Positions 9,472-19,008 of a stretch of 64,000 nucleotides of DNA are shown here, in pieces. Location: the NCBI GenBank assembly GCA_049521175.1, contig JBEKPB010000006.1, forward strand, positions 41,296 through 105,295, given 5' to 3'. Origin of the DNA: Candidatus Limnocylindrales bacterium (GTDB lineage: Bacteria; Chloroflexota; Limnocylindria; Limnocylindrales; CSP1-4). Both the position numbers and the translations under genes were made by a program. Each line of letters opens with the position of its first letter. Position 1 is the stretch's first letter. The notes beneath the pieces were generated by a model. That model did no database searches and was not told the origin of the DNA. It saw only the letters and a list, made by a program, of their open reading frames with translations.

Positions 9472-10557
9472 TCAGCGCTCCGTGCAGCTGATGCATGGAT
9501 CGATGGTCAGGATGATGTTCGGCACGTCGGCGAGGTCGCAGCCCTTGACCAGCTTGATCATCGCCGGGATGTTGGCGAAGGTCGGGGTGCGAGCCCGGAA
9601 CCGCTCGAGGTTCTTTGTGCCATTGGCCTTGACGTAGTAGAGGACTTCGCCGCGGGGCTGCTCGAGGCGGGTGAACGTCTCGCCAGCGGGCAATCCGCGC
9701 GGGCGGTTCTCGATCGGCTGGCCCTCGCCCTTTGGCATCTTGTCGATCGCCTGGCGGACGATGTCGATCGACTGGTCGATCTCGCGCATCCGGACGAGGA
9801 CCCGAGCGAGGCAGTCGCCGGCGGTCTCGACTACCGGCTCCAGCTCGACTCGATCGTAGAAGTTCGCGCCCAGGAGTCGCGTGTCGGTGGCGATGCCCGA
9901 GGCGCGGGCCATCGGGCCGACAGCATCGACCGCACGCGCGTCCTCGGTCGTCAGCACTCCGACGCCGCCGAGCCGGTGGGCGATCGAGGGATCTGTCCTG
10001 AAGACCCGGGCCGTGTCTTTGAATGCGGCGCCCAGCTCCTGCAGCTGGACGAGGATGGCCGCGAGTTCGGAGTCGGCGATGTCGCGCTTGACTCCGCCGA
10101 TGCGGTTGACCGAGTGGATGATCCGGCCGCCGGTCGTCTTCTCGAAGATGTCGAGGATCTGCTCGCGCATCCGCCAGCAATGCATGAAGAGGTTCTCGAA
10201 CCCGAACGCATCGGCGCCCAAGCCGAGCCAAAGCAGGTGGCTCTGGATCCTCGAGATCTCGGCCCAGATCAGGCGCAGCCAGCCGGCTCGCTCTGGGACC
10301 TCGACGTTCATGATGCTTTCGAGCGAGACGCAGTAACCCATGCCGTGCATGAAGCTGCAGATGCCGCAGATGCGCTCGACCACGAAGCCCATCTCGGTGT
10401 ACTCCACCCGCTCGACCATCATCTCGAGGCCGCGGTGGATGTAGCCGATGGTCGGGATGGCGTCCACGACCTTCTCGTCCATCAGCACGAGGTCGAGCAC
10501 CAGCGGCTCCGGCAGGACCGGATGCTGCGGCCCGAATGGGATGACAGTCTTCTTCAT
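9472..10557 (-). CDS. echE: [NiFe]-hydrogenase large subunit, group 4 (Ech/Coo type, NuoD-like)
   Basis: MKKTVIPFGPQHP start. L1 motif RICGICSFMHGMGY. L2 motif DPCISCTER at the extreme C-terminus with no cleavable extension. 361 aa. Confidence 0.9.
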   Translation of the reverse strand: MKKTVIPFGPQHPVLPEPLVLDLVLMDEKVVDAIPTIGYIHRGLEMMVERVEYTEMGFVVERICGICSFMHGMGYCVSLESIMNVEVPERAGWLRLIWAEISRIQSHLLWLGLGADAFGFENLFMHCWRMREQILDIFEKTTGGRIIHSVNRIGGVKRDIADSELAAILVQLQELGAAFKDTARVFRTDPSIAHRLGGVGVLTTEDARAVDAVGPMARASGIATDTRLLGANFYDRVELEPVVETAGDCLARVLVRMREIDQSIDIVRQAIDKMPKGEGQPIENRPRGLPAGETFTRLEQPRGEVLYYVKANGTKNLERFRARTPTFANIPAMIKLVKGCDLADVPNIILTIDPCISCTER

Positions 10558-11069
10558 GGCTTCTTCACCGCCGCCGCGTTTGCCTTGAGCCGGGCCTTGA
10601 TCGCGGCATGCGAGAAGGGGACCCGGGTCGCGGTCTTGTACAGCTGGCCGTGCAGGTCCAAGCCGATGCCGGTTACGTTGATGCCGAACAGCTCCCGGAT
10701 CTCGTTCTCGTAGAGGAACGCGGCCCCGAAGAGCTCGGATACGCTCGGCACCGCCTCGCCGGCCTCGATCTGCTCGCGAATCGTCTCGAACTCGTTGCCC
10801 CTGGCGAAGGCCCAGGCGATTTCGAAGACGCCGGGCGCCTCGACCGCCGGCGGAGCCACTGGGGCCGATGGCGCGGGCGGGGTCGCCGGCGCGGGTACTT
10901 CGCCGGCCGAGGTTGGCGCGCCAGCCCCCGTGGTCGCGGCTTCGGCCGTCGTCACGTGGCCGTGCGTCCCTGCCGCAGGCGCCACGACCGTCGTGGCGTT
11001 GATGAGGGCCAGACGCCAGCCGGCCTCGTGGTATGCCCCGACTCGGGCGAGGAAAGCGCTGCCGTCCAT
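10555..11069 (-). CDS. echD: Ech hydrogenase subunit D (NuoC-like) with Ala/Pro/Thr-rich insert
   Basis: ENEIRELFGINVTGIGLDLHG NuoC signature. Internal ATG MDGSAFLARV chosen as start. ATGA overlaps with echC and echE. Confidence 0.7.
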
Positions 11070-11494
11070 CAGGCCGTCTTCTTTCGTTTCTCTTCGAGCG
11101 CGGCGATGCCCTCCACGACGCCGTCGATGATGCTTTCGGGGCGCGCCGCGCAGCCGGGCACGTAGACGTCCACCGGCAGCACCTTGTCGATCCCGCCCTG
11201 GATGTTGTAGGCGCGGGCGAAGATGCCTCCGGAGCACGCACACGCCCCGACCGCAACCACGACCTTGGGCTCGGGCATCTGGCGGTACAGGTTCTTCACG
11301 ATCTCGACGTTGCGTTCGTTCACGCTGCCGGTCACGAGCAGGATGTCGGCGTGCTTCGGGTTCCCCGTGTTGATCACTCCGAACCGCTCCACGTCGTAGA
11401 GCGGCGTCAGGCAGGCCAGGACTTCGATGTCGCAGCCGTTGCAGCTCGATCCGTCGTAGTGGAGGATCCATGGTGAGCGGCGGAAGAAGGACAT
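11069..11494 (-). CDS. echC: [NiFe]-hydrogenase small subunit, group 4 (NuoB-like)
   Basis: MSFFRRSPWILHYDGSSCNGCDIE...GACACSGG...VPGCAARPE. Proximal cluster cysteines. 141 aa. Confidence 0.85.
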   Translation of the reverse strand: MSFFRRSPWILHYDGSSCNGCDIEVLACLTPLYDVERFGVINTGNPKHADILLVTGSVNERNVEIVKNLYRQMPEPKVVVAVGACACSGGIFARAYNIQGGIDKVLPVDVYVPGCAARPESIIDGVVEGIAALEEKRKKTA

Positions 11495-11499
11495 CTCGA

Positions 11500-12354
11500 T
11501 CACCGGCCCAGCAGGAATAGAGCGAGCACGTTGCCGCCCGAGAAGACCAGGGTGGCAACCCAGGTGGAGCGCAGGACGAGCTGCCACTTGATGCGCGACG
11601 TGGAGTTGTCGAGCAGGATCTCCAGGGCGTAGGCGACGAGGAAGGCGACCAGACCCAGGGCCACGCTCCAGTTGAAGAGCAGGACCATGAAGGCGCACAG
11701 CAGCGCCGACTCGTACCAGCGTGCCAGCTCGACGTAGGCCAGCAGCCGGCCCGACATGTCGGACTTGAGACCGCTCACGAGCTCCTGGTGGGGGTGGTGC
11801 GACATCGAGATGTCGAATGGCGACTTCCGAAGCTTGATCGTCGCGACCATCAGGAACGCCAGCAGAACGCCCGGCAGCTGTGCGGCCACGAGCTGGCTCG
11901 ACGCAAGGACGCCCTCGAAAGTGTTCGCGCCGGTCACCTTGCAGATGGCGGCCATCATCAGGATGAAGAACGGTTCGGCCGCGAGCAGCACGACGAGCTC
12001 GCGTTCGGCACCGGTGAAGCTATACGGGGAGTTGGCCGACCCGGCGGCGAGGACCAGCAGCAGCGCCGCCAGGGCGAAGACGAACGTCGTGAAGATCAGG
12101 TCTGTGCCGCTCAAGAGCAGCGCGCCGGTGGCGGCCATGAAGATGAGGTGGCCCACCAGGATCGGCTCCATGATCGGGTTGAGCTGCCGCGACTGCTTCT
12201 GCAGCAGCTTGCCGACGTCGTAGAACGGCTGCAGCAGCGGCGGCCCGACACGGCCCTGCATCCGCGCGCTGATCCTGCGGTCCACGCCGGCCACGAGCCC
12301 ACCGAAGATCGGGGCGAGGCCGAGGAAGAGCAGCCCGTAGATCGCCGGGTTCAT
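11500..12354 (-). CDS. echB: Ech hydrogenase membrane subunit B (NuoH/HycD-like)
   Basis: 284-aa polytopic protein from ATG MNPAIYGLLFLGLAPI. ATGA overlap with echA stop. Confidence 0.8.
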   Translation of the reverse strand: MNPAIYGLLFLGLAPIFGGLVAGVDRRISARMQGRVGPPLLQPFYDVGKLLQKQSRQLNPIMEPILVGHLIFMAATGALLLSGTDLIFTTFVFALAALLLVLAAGSANSPYSFTGAERELVVLLAAEPFFILMMAAICKVTGANTFEGVLASSQLVAAQLPGVLLAFLMVATIKLRKSPFDISMSHHPHQELVSGLKSDMSGRLLAYVELARWYESALLCAFMVLLFNWSVALGLVAFLVAYALEILLDNSTSRIKWQLVLRSTWVATLVFSGGNVLALFLLGR

Positions 12355-14288
12355 GGTCGGGCCACCATCCCAACCGTGACCATAGCCACCAGGATTCCGC
12401 CACAGGCGACTGTCCCGGCACGGAACATCAGGGCGCCGTTGATAACCCCGTCGAGGTAGTAGTTGCGGAGGGTCACCTTCTTGATGCCGCCCAGCGCCGC
12501 ACCCATGACGTGGCCTGGGGTGGTGCTGCGACCGCCGGCGTAGAAGTCCGCGTGGTCGTATACGGGATGGCGCCACACCCAGAGGGACAAGAGCGGCAGG
12601 AAGAGCATCGCGGCCATGAGCACGGCCAGCGTCGCTGGGTCCAGGGCGAGGAAAGTGCGGGGTGCGGCGGAGAAGGCGCTGAGTGCGTACGGACCGACGA
12701 CGTGGTCCGAGATGAGGCCGACGCACGCCGCAGCGGCGATCACGCCGATCGCCATCGGGATCTCGGTCGCCCACTCGTAACGCGAGACCCGGCTCTCGAT
12801 CGAGCGTTCGTAGGCGGTCACCTTCCGCGCGGACAGCACCTTCATGAGGAGCTTGCCCCAGTAGAAGATCGTCAGCGAGCTGCCGAACGCCATGATCACG
12901 ACCATCGCGGCGCCGGCGGCGCCGGGCACGAGCAGGAACGCCCGGATGGCGGTCCATTTGGCGATGACGAGCCCGAACGGAGCCACGAACATCCCGGCGA
13001 TGCCGGTCAAGAACAGCGTGCTGATGCGCGGCATAAGGCTCATCAGCGCGTCGAAGTTTTCCATGTTCTTCGTGTAGAGCCGGTTCTCGATGGTCCCAAC
13101 GACCAGGAAGAGCAGGCCCTTGGCCAGGGCGTGGAAGATGATGATCATCACCCCGGCCCACGCCAGCTCCGGCGTCCCGATGCCTGCACAACCGACGATC
13201 AACCCCAGGCTGCCGATCGTTGAATAGGCGAGGACCTTCTTGGTGTTCTGCTCCGTCACGGCTACGAGCGAAACGAAGAGGAACGTCAGCAGCCCGACGA
13301 AAGCCACGAGATAGCCCACCGTCGAACCCGACATAGCCGGGGACAGGCGCAGTAGCAGGAAGACGCCGGCCTTGACCATCGTGCTGGAGTGGAGCAGCGC
13401 CGAGGTTGGGGAAGGGGCGTACATGGCGCCGATCAGCCACGAGCTGAATGGCATCTGCGCGCTCTTGGTGATGCCGGCGAAGGCGAGGAGTGCGATGGCC
13501 GGTAGAAGTGCCGCTCCGGCCGGACCGTGGGTGAGCCTGGCCAGGTCGAGGCCGTCCGCCTGACCCGACAGCCACACGATGGCCAGCCCGAACCCCAGCC
13601 CGCCCAGGAGGTTCATGTTGAGCGCCCTGAAGGCATACCGGACCGTCTCTTCGGTCCGCGTGTAGCCGATCAGCAGGAACGAGCAGATGGTCGTGATCTC
13701 CCAGAAGACCAGCATCATCGGCAGGTAGTTCGACACGACCAGCCCGAACATGCCCGCCAGGAAGACGAACAGCAGTGAGAAGAAGACCGTGCGGCGGCCC
13801 TGGATCATCGGGCTGGCACGGTGGTAGGCCCGCATGTACCCGATCGCGTTGATGCAGATCAGCGGGCCGATGATCCCGACCACGAGCACCATCACCAGCG
13901 AGAGGCGGTCGAACCAGAAGAGCCGCGAGGGGTCCGGCTCGGGCAGGCGGCCGGCCACTTCGAGCCAGACGGAGATGCCCAGCTGGGTGAGGGCCAGGAT
14001 CGGCGCCGGGAACCGGCGATGCATCAGGCTGATCACCACCACGAAGGCGGTGAGCGCGATCTCGACGGCCAGCAGCGCCTGCCCCGGTTCGAGTCCGCCC
14101 GGGAGACCGAAGAAGGCGCCGTCGCCGTTACCGAATGCGACCGCGGCCGCGACCGAGATGGCGGCGACGAGCAATCCGCCAACCACCACGACCGCGTTTC
14201 GGAGCGCGGACGAGGAGATCAGGATCAGGATCGCGCCGACGATCGCGGGCAGCGCGATGAGGGCGGCGACGAGAGAGGGAAGACTCAC
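12351..14288 (-). CDS. echA: Ech hydrogenase membrane subunit A (NuoL/HyfB/Mrp antiporter-like)
   Basis: About 645 aa. Hydrophobic throughout. Proposed GTG start (VSLPSLVAALIALPAIVGA) overlaps the stop of the upstream receiver gene (GTGA). Confidence 0.75.
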   Translation of the reverse strand: MSLPSLVAALIALPAIVGAILILISSSALRNAVVVVGGLLVAAISVAAAVAFGNGDGAFFGLPGGLEPGQALLAVEIALTAFVVVISLMHRRFPAPILALTQLGISVWLEVAGRLPEPDPSRLFWFDRLSLVMVLVVGIIGPLICINAIGYMRAYHRASPMIQGRRTVFFSLLFVFLAGMFGLVVSNYLPMMLVFWEITTICSFLLIGYTRTEETVRYAFRALNMNLLGGLGFGLAIVWLSGQADGLDLARLTHGPAGAALLPAIALLAFAGITKSAQMPFSSWLIGAMYAPSPTSALLHSSTMVKAGVFLLLRLSPAMSGSTVGYLVAFVGLLTFLFVSLVAVTEQNTKKVLAYSTIGSLGLIVGCAGIGTPELAWAGVMIIIFHALAKGLLFLVVGTIENRLYTKNMENFDALMSLMPRISTLFLTGIAGMFVAPFGLVIAKWTAIRAFLLVPGAAGAAMVVIMAFGSSLTIFYWGKLLMKVLSARKVTAYERSIESRVSRYEWATEIPMAIGVIAAAACVGLISDHVVGPYALSAFSAAPRTFLALDPATLAVLMAAMLFLPLLSLWVWRHPVYDHADFYAGGRSTTPGHVMGAALGGIKKVTLRNYYLDGVINGALMFRAGTVACGGILVAMVTVGMVARP

Positions 14289-14671
14289 TCCGCCTCGGGC
14301 AGGAGGTGGTCGATCTCGTCGACCAGGACGTCGCCGATGACCGGCTTTTCCAGATAGCGGCTGACGGGGATCCAGCCGTCGCGGTCCTGGCTGTCCAGCT
14401 GTTCGTCGGAGAGCAGTTCGTCGGCCCGAGTCAGCATGATGAGCGGCAGGTCCGGATGCTCTTGAGCCAACGATTGAGCGAGTTCGATGCCGGACAACTT
14501 GCCGCCGAGCACGGCCTCCAGGACGACGAGATCGGGCATCTCCTCGCGCATGTAGAGGGCCGCTTCGGCAGGGGTCGAGGAACTGGAGACCGAATGACCG
14601 CCGGCCTCGATCGCTTCCGTGGTTCTGGCGACCGAGATCGGGTCGTCGTCGACGATGTGTATGTGAGCCAT
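14285..14671 (-). CDS. Receiver-only response regulator with Glu at the phospho-acceptor position; translationally coupled to echA
   Basis: MAHIHIVDDDP...PDLVVLEAVLGG...LIMLTRAD...LEKPV. DD, T and K are conserved but the LVVLE residue that should be Asp is Glu. The upstream part of the 223-aa six-frame ORF is Arg-rich junk. Confidence 0.7.
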   Translation of the reverse strand: MAHIHIVDDDPISVARTTEAIEAGGHSVSSSSTPAEAALYMREEMPDLVVLEAVLGGKLSGIELAQSLAQEHPDLPLIMLTRADELLSDEQLDSQDRDGWIPVSRYLEKPVIGDVLVDEIDHLLPEAE

Positions 14672-14896
14672 GTGTCCAACTTTTCGGTTGTTTCCGGGCC
14701 ACCTGGGATGGAGAGCGGCTCGGATCTTTGGGACGCTCCTCGCGCGTCTCTCTTCAGCCTCGTCAGCGTATCCAGAGACGAGGCGCCTTGAGCCCCGCGG
14801 TTCGGCCCTTCTGGCCGGGAAATTCGGCCCCCAAGTTCGGGACCGACTTACTTTCCTCGGTAATTTGGGCGCCGCGCCTGACAGAAATGGGCTAGG

Positions 14897-15253
14897 ATGC
14901 GCCGCGTGCATGAGTTTTCGATAGCGGAAGCGATCCTGACCCAGGTCCAGCGCCATGCGCCGGACGATGCCCTGGTGCGCGACGTGTCGATCCGCGTCGG
15001 GGTCCTGCGCGGTCTCGAACCGGAGGCATTGCAGATGTCATGGACCGCGGTGATCGCGGGCACGGCCATAGACGGGGCCACTCTGACGGTGGATCAGCGG
15101 CCGTGGACCATCACGTGCTCCACGTGCGGCCGGAGCTGGACCAGCGCGGTTCCATTCGTAGACTGCGCCTGCGGCAACACGACGCCGGCGCCCACGGGCG
15201 GCGACGAGCTGGATCTAGTCTCGATCACGGTCGACCAGGAGGAAACCAGTTGA
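14897..15253 (+). CDS. hypA: Hydrogenase nickel-incorporation protein HypA
   Basis: Mature-looking N-terminus (M)HEFSIAEAIL (His2). CSTC...DCAC zinc site. True start probably GTG at 14906. Confidence 0.7.
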   Translation: MRRVHEFSIAEAILTQVQRHAPDDALVRDVSIRVGVLRGLEPEALQMSWTAVIAGTAIDGATLTVDQRPWTITCSTCGRSWTSAVPFVDCACGNTTPAPTGGDELDLVSITVDQEETS

Positions 15254-15921
15254 GCGGTCAGACGCGGACCGTCCGCCTTCCGGTGGTGGAGCGCATCCTC
15301 GAGGCCAACGACGGGATCGCCTCTTCCATCAGGGCGGAGCTGGCGCGCCGGGGCATCTTCGCGATCGACCTGATCGGGGCTCCGGGGAGCGGCAAGACGG
15401 CGCTGCTGGAAGCCACTCTGCGTTCGCTCAAGGGTCGCCGGAAGCCTGCCGTGCTCGTGGGCGACCTCACGACCAGGCGCGACGGCGACCGGCTGGCCCG
15501 CTGGTGCGACCGGGTCGTCCAGATCTCGACCGGTGAAGGCTGCCACCTCGAGGCCGTCCAGGTTCGGGACGCGTTGGGCGGGATCGATCTCGAGGGAGTG
15601 GATCTCCTCTTCGTCGAGAACGTGGGCAACCTGATCTGCCCGGTCGGTTTCGACCTGGGTCAGAGTGTCAAAGTTGGTCTGTTCAGCCTGACCGAGGGCG
15701 ACGACAAGGCCGCCAAGCACCCCTACCTGGTTACGGCCGCGGACCTGATCCTGCTCAATAAGATCGACCTGGCTCCACATCTGACCTTCGACCGGTCCCT
15801 CTTCGAGGCGGACGTCCGATTGCTCAATCCCGACGTGCCGATCCTGGGCATCTCCTCGACCACCGGCGAAGGGCTCGACGCCTGGCTCGCCTGGCTCGAC
15901 CGTCGGGCGGCAGGAGACTGA
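15250..15921 (+). CDS. hypB: Hydrogenase maturation GTPase HypB (no N-terminal His/Cys metal-binding stretch)
   Basis: GAPGSGKT P-loop, ENVGNLICP, LNKIDL. TTG start 15250 with AGGAGGA upstream. Overlaps hypA stop. Confidence 0.8.
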   Translation: MSGQTRTVRLPVVERILEANDGIASSIRAELARRGIFAIDLIGAPGSGKTALLEATLRSLKGRRKPAVLVGDLTTRRDGDRLARWCDRVVQISTGEGCHLEAVQVRDALGGIDLEGVDLLFVENVGNLICPVGFDLGQSVKVGLFSLTEGDDKAAKHPYLVTAADLILLNKIDLAPHLTFDRSLFEADVRLLNPDVPILGISSTTGEGLDAWLAWLDRRAAGD

Positions 15922-16152
15922 CGCTCCGGCTCGAGAGCCAAGGCTACGCCCGCCGAGCCGAGAGTCCCGCGTGGTCGGGCCGAATGGCCGGCCTCTGAAG
16001 GACCCAACGACCGGCTGTCAATGCCGGTCGGCAGCGAGTCGGCTTCGTCCTCGCCTGTACAATCGTTGGGACATAGTGCGAATTCCGTCGCCCGGACGCC
16101 ACCCCGCAGTCCGAGGCGCGACAGCTCCGCATCCAAGGAGAGTGACACCCTC

Positions 16153-18954
16153 ATGGCCGACACTGGCACAAAGACCTACAAGGCCGCGAAGCGCTACATC
16201 TACGCCTGGGGCGGCGGCATTGCCGAGGGCAACGGCGGGATGAAAGACCTGCTGGGCGGCAAGGGCGCCGGCCTCGCCGAGATGACCAACGCGGGCCTGC
16301 CGACTCCTCCGGGCTTCACCATCACGACAGAAGCCTGCAACGACTATTTCAACGCCGGCAAGGCTCTTCCGGCCGGGCTGTGGGACGACGTCCTCGCGGC
16401 CGTCAAGGTCGTCGAGGGTCAGGCTGCCAAGGGCTTCGGCGATCCGAAGAACCCTCTCCTCGTCTCCGTCCGCTCGGGCGCCAAGTTCTCGATGCCGGGC
16501 ATGATGGACACAGTCCTCAACCTGGGCCTCAACGAAGCGACCCTCCAGGGCCTCATCGCCATCACCGGCAACGAGCGCTTCGGCTGGGACGCCTACCGTC
16601 GCTTCATCTCGATGTTCGGCCGGATCGTGCTCGACGTCCCGTCGCGCGTGGTCAAGGGCAAGGACGGTTCGGAGGTCGCCTACAACCGCTTCGACGAGGC
16701 GCTGGACGCGGCCAAGGAGAAGCACGGCAAGGACGCCAAGGACACGGACCTCGACGTCGACGACCTCAAGAAGCTCGTCACCACGTACAAGACGATAGTC
16801 AAGGACACCATCGGGCGCGACTTCCCGGACGATCCGAACGAGCAACTCGACCTGGCGATCAAGGCCGTCTTCGGCTCCTGGTTCGGCAAGCGCGCCACCG
16901 ACTACCGCAACAGCCAGAAGATCGCCCACGACCTCGGCACCGCGGTCAACGTCGTGACCATGGTCTTCGGCAACATGGGCGACGACTCGGGCACCGGCGT
17001 CGCATTCACCCGAGACCCGAACACTGGCGAGAAGGCCCTCTACGGTGAGTACCTCGTCAACGCCCAAGGCGAGGACGTCGTCGCGGGCATCCGCACCCCG
17101 TCCAAGATCGCGTCGCTGGCCCAAGACATGCCCAAGGCTTACGCCGAGTTCAAGAAGATCGCCGAGAAGCTGGAGAAGCACTACAAGGACGTCCAGGACC
17201 TCGAGTTCACGATCGAGCGCGGCCGCCTGTACATGCTCCAGACCCGCAGCGCAAAGCGGACAGCCGCCGCCGCGGTGCGGATCGCGATCGATATGGTCAA
17301 GGAGAAGCTCATCACGCACGAGGAAGCCCTGGCCCGCATCGAGCCGGCCCAGGTCGACCAGCTCCTGCGCGATCAGTTCGATCCGGTCGCCCGCGCCAAG
17401 GCCAAGCGGATGGCAAAGGGTCTCAACGCCTCGCCCGGCGCCGCCGTCGGCAAGGCCGTCTTCCACGCCGACACCGCCGTGGCCTGGGTCGAGAAGGGCC
17501 AGAAGGTCGTCCTCGTTCGCGAGGAGACCTCTCCGGACGACTTCCACGGCATGGCAGTCGCCCAGGGCATTCTCACCGCCAAGGGCGGGGCGACCTCGCA
17601 CGCCGCGGTCGTCGCCCGCCAGATCGGCAAGCCGTGCGTCGCCGGCTGCGCCGAGCTGGAAGTCAACTACGCCACTCGCAGCGCCACGGCCAACGGCGTG
17701 ACGATCAAGGAAGGCGATCCGATCAGCCTCGACGGCTCGAGCGGCGAAGTCTTCGTCGGCGCGTTGCCGACCGTCCATGCCCGGTACGAGGACCAGAAGG
17801 ACCTCCAGACCGTCCTCGGCTGGGCCGACAAGGTTCGCCGCCTCCAGATCTGGACGAACGCCGACAAGCCGGAAGAGGCCGCTCAGGCCCGCTCCTACGG
17901 CGCCCAGGGCATCGGCCTCTGCCGGACCGAGCACATGTTCCGCGAGGGCCCGCGCCTCGAGATCGTGCGAGCTGCGATCCTCGTGGCCAACGTGGCCACC
18001 CGAGCCAAGGGCAAGACCGCTGCCGGCCAGCCCCTCACATCAGAAGAGAAGACGGCCGTCAAGCAGTTTGACGCCGCGATGGCGAAGCTCGAGGCGCTCC
18101 AGCAGGGCGACTTCGAGGGGATCCTCGCCGCCATGAGCGGGCTGCCGGTCGTGATCCGCCTCATCGACCCGCCCCTCCACGAGTTCCTTCCGAACCTCGA
18201 AGACCAGCTGGTCAAGGTCACCAAGGCCGGTGACAAGGCGACCGCCAAGGACAAGGAACTGCTCGCGACCATCAAGTCGATGCACGAGCAGAACCCGATG
18301 CTCGGGCTCCGCGGCTGCCGCCTCGGCCTCATGATCCCGGACTTCGTCAAGATCCAGACCCGGGCGATCCTCAACGCGGCCGTCGCCGTGAAGAAGGCCA
18401 AGAAGGATCCGCGACCGGAGATCATGATCCCGCTCGTCGGCCACGTGAACGAGCTCAAGGCCACTCAGGTACTCCTGGAGGCCGAGGCCGCCTCGGTGGT
18501 CAAGGCCGCCGGGGTCAAGATCGACTACAAGTTCGGCACCATGATCGAGATCCCGCGAGCCTGCTGGGTCGCGGACGAGATCGCCGAATACGCCCAGTTC
18601 TTCAGCTTCGGCACCAACGACCTGACCCAGATGACGTTCGGCTACAGCCGCGACGACGCCGAGGGCGGGTTCCTGCTCAAGTACGTCGAGGACAAGATCC
18701 TCCCGTACAACCCCTTCCAGTCGCTCGACTCGGTCATCGTCAAGGAGATGAAGCTGGCCGTCGAGCTTGGCCGCAAGACCCGCCCGGACCTCAAGGTGGG
18801 CATCTGCGGCGAGCATGGCGGCGACCCGATGTCGATCGGGTTCTGCCACCAGATCGGCCTCAACTACGTTTCGTGCTCGCCGTTCCGGGTTCCGGTGGCG
18901 CGCCTCGCAGCCGCGCAGGCCGCCCTGAGCGACGCCGCGGAGCGCGACAGGTAG
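16153..18954 (+). CDS. ppdK: Pyruvate, phosphate dikinase
   Basis: 933 aa. MADTGTKTYK...GGMKDLLGGKGAGLAEM, GGATSHAAVVAR, CGEHGGDP motifs. AAGGAG RBS. Confidence 0.95.
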   Translation: MADTGTKTYKAAKRYIYAWGGGIAEGNGGMKDLLGGKGAGLAEMTNAGLPTPPGFTITTEACNDYFNAGKALPAGLWDDVLAAVKVVEGQAAKGFGDPKNPLLVSVRSGAKFSMPGMMDTVLNLGLNEATLQGLIAITGNERFGWDAYRRFISMFGRIVLDVPSRVVKGKDGSEVAYNRFDEALDAAKEKHGKDAKDTDLDVDDLKKLVTTYKTIVKDTIGRDFPDDPNEQLDLAIKAVFGSWFGKRATDYRNSQKIAHDLGTAVNVVTMVFGNMGDDSGTGVAFTRDPNTGEKALYGEYLVNAQGEDVVAGIRTPSKIASLAQDMPKAYAEFKKIAEKLEKHYKDVQDLEFTIERGRLYMLQTRSAKRTAAAAVRIAIDMVKEKLITHEEALARIEPAQVDQLLRDQFDPVARAKAKRMAKGLNASPGAAVGKAVFHADTAVAWVEKGQKVVLVREETSPDDFHGMAVAQGILTAKGGATSHAAVVARQIGKPCVAGCAELEVNYATRSATANGVTIKEGDPISLDGSSGEVFVGALPTVHARYEDQKDLQTVLGWADKVRRLQIWTNADKPEEAAQARSYGAQGIGLCRTEHMFREGPRLEIVRAAILVANVATRAKGKTAAGQPLTSEEKTAVKQFDAAMAKLEALQQGDFEGILAAMSGLPVVIRLIDPPLHEFLPNLEDQLVKVTKAGDKATAKDKELLATIKSMHEQNPMLGLRGCRLGLMIPDFVKIQTRAILNAAVAVKKAKKDPRPEIMIPLVGHVNELKATQVLLEAEAASVVKAAGVKIDYKFGTMIEIPRACWVADEIAEYAQFFSFGTNDLTQMTFGYSRDDAEGGFLLKYVEDKILPYNPFQSLDSVIVKEMKLAVELGRKTRPDLKVGICGEHGGDPMSIGFCHQIGLNYVSCSPFRVPVARLAAAQAALSDAAERDR

Positions 18955-18974
18955 CCCTTCTTCCTTCGTTGCGC

Positions 18975-19008
18975 GAACGCCCGGCGGGTCACCCGCCGGG
19001 CGTTTGGA
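18975..19008. terminator. Bidirectional hairpin between convergent ppdK and merR-family gene
   Basis: aacgcccggcggg-tca-cccgccgggcgtt perfect 13-bp stem followed by ttgg. Short T-tract. Confidence 0.5.
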
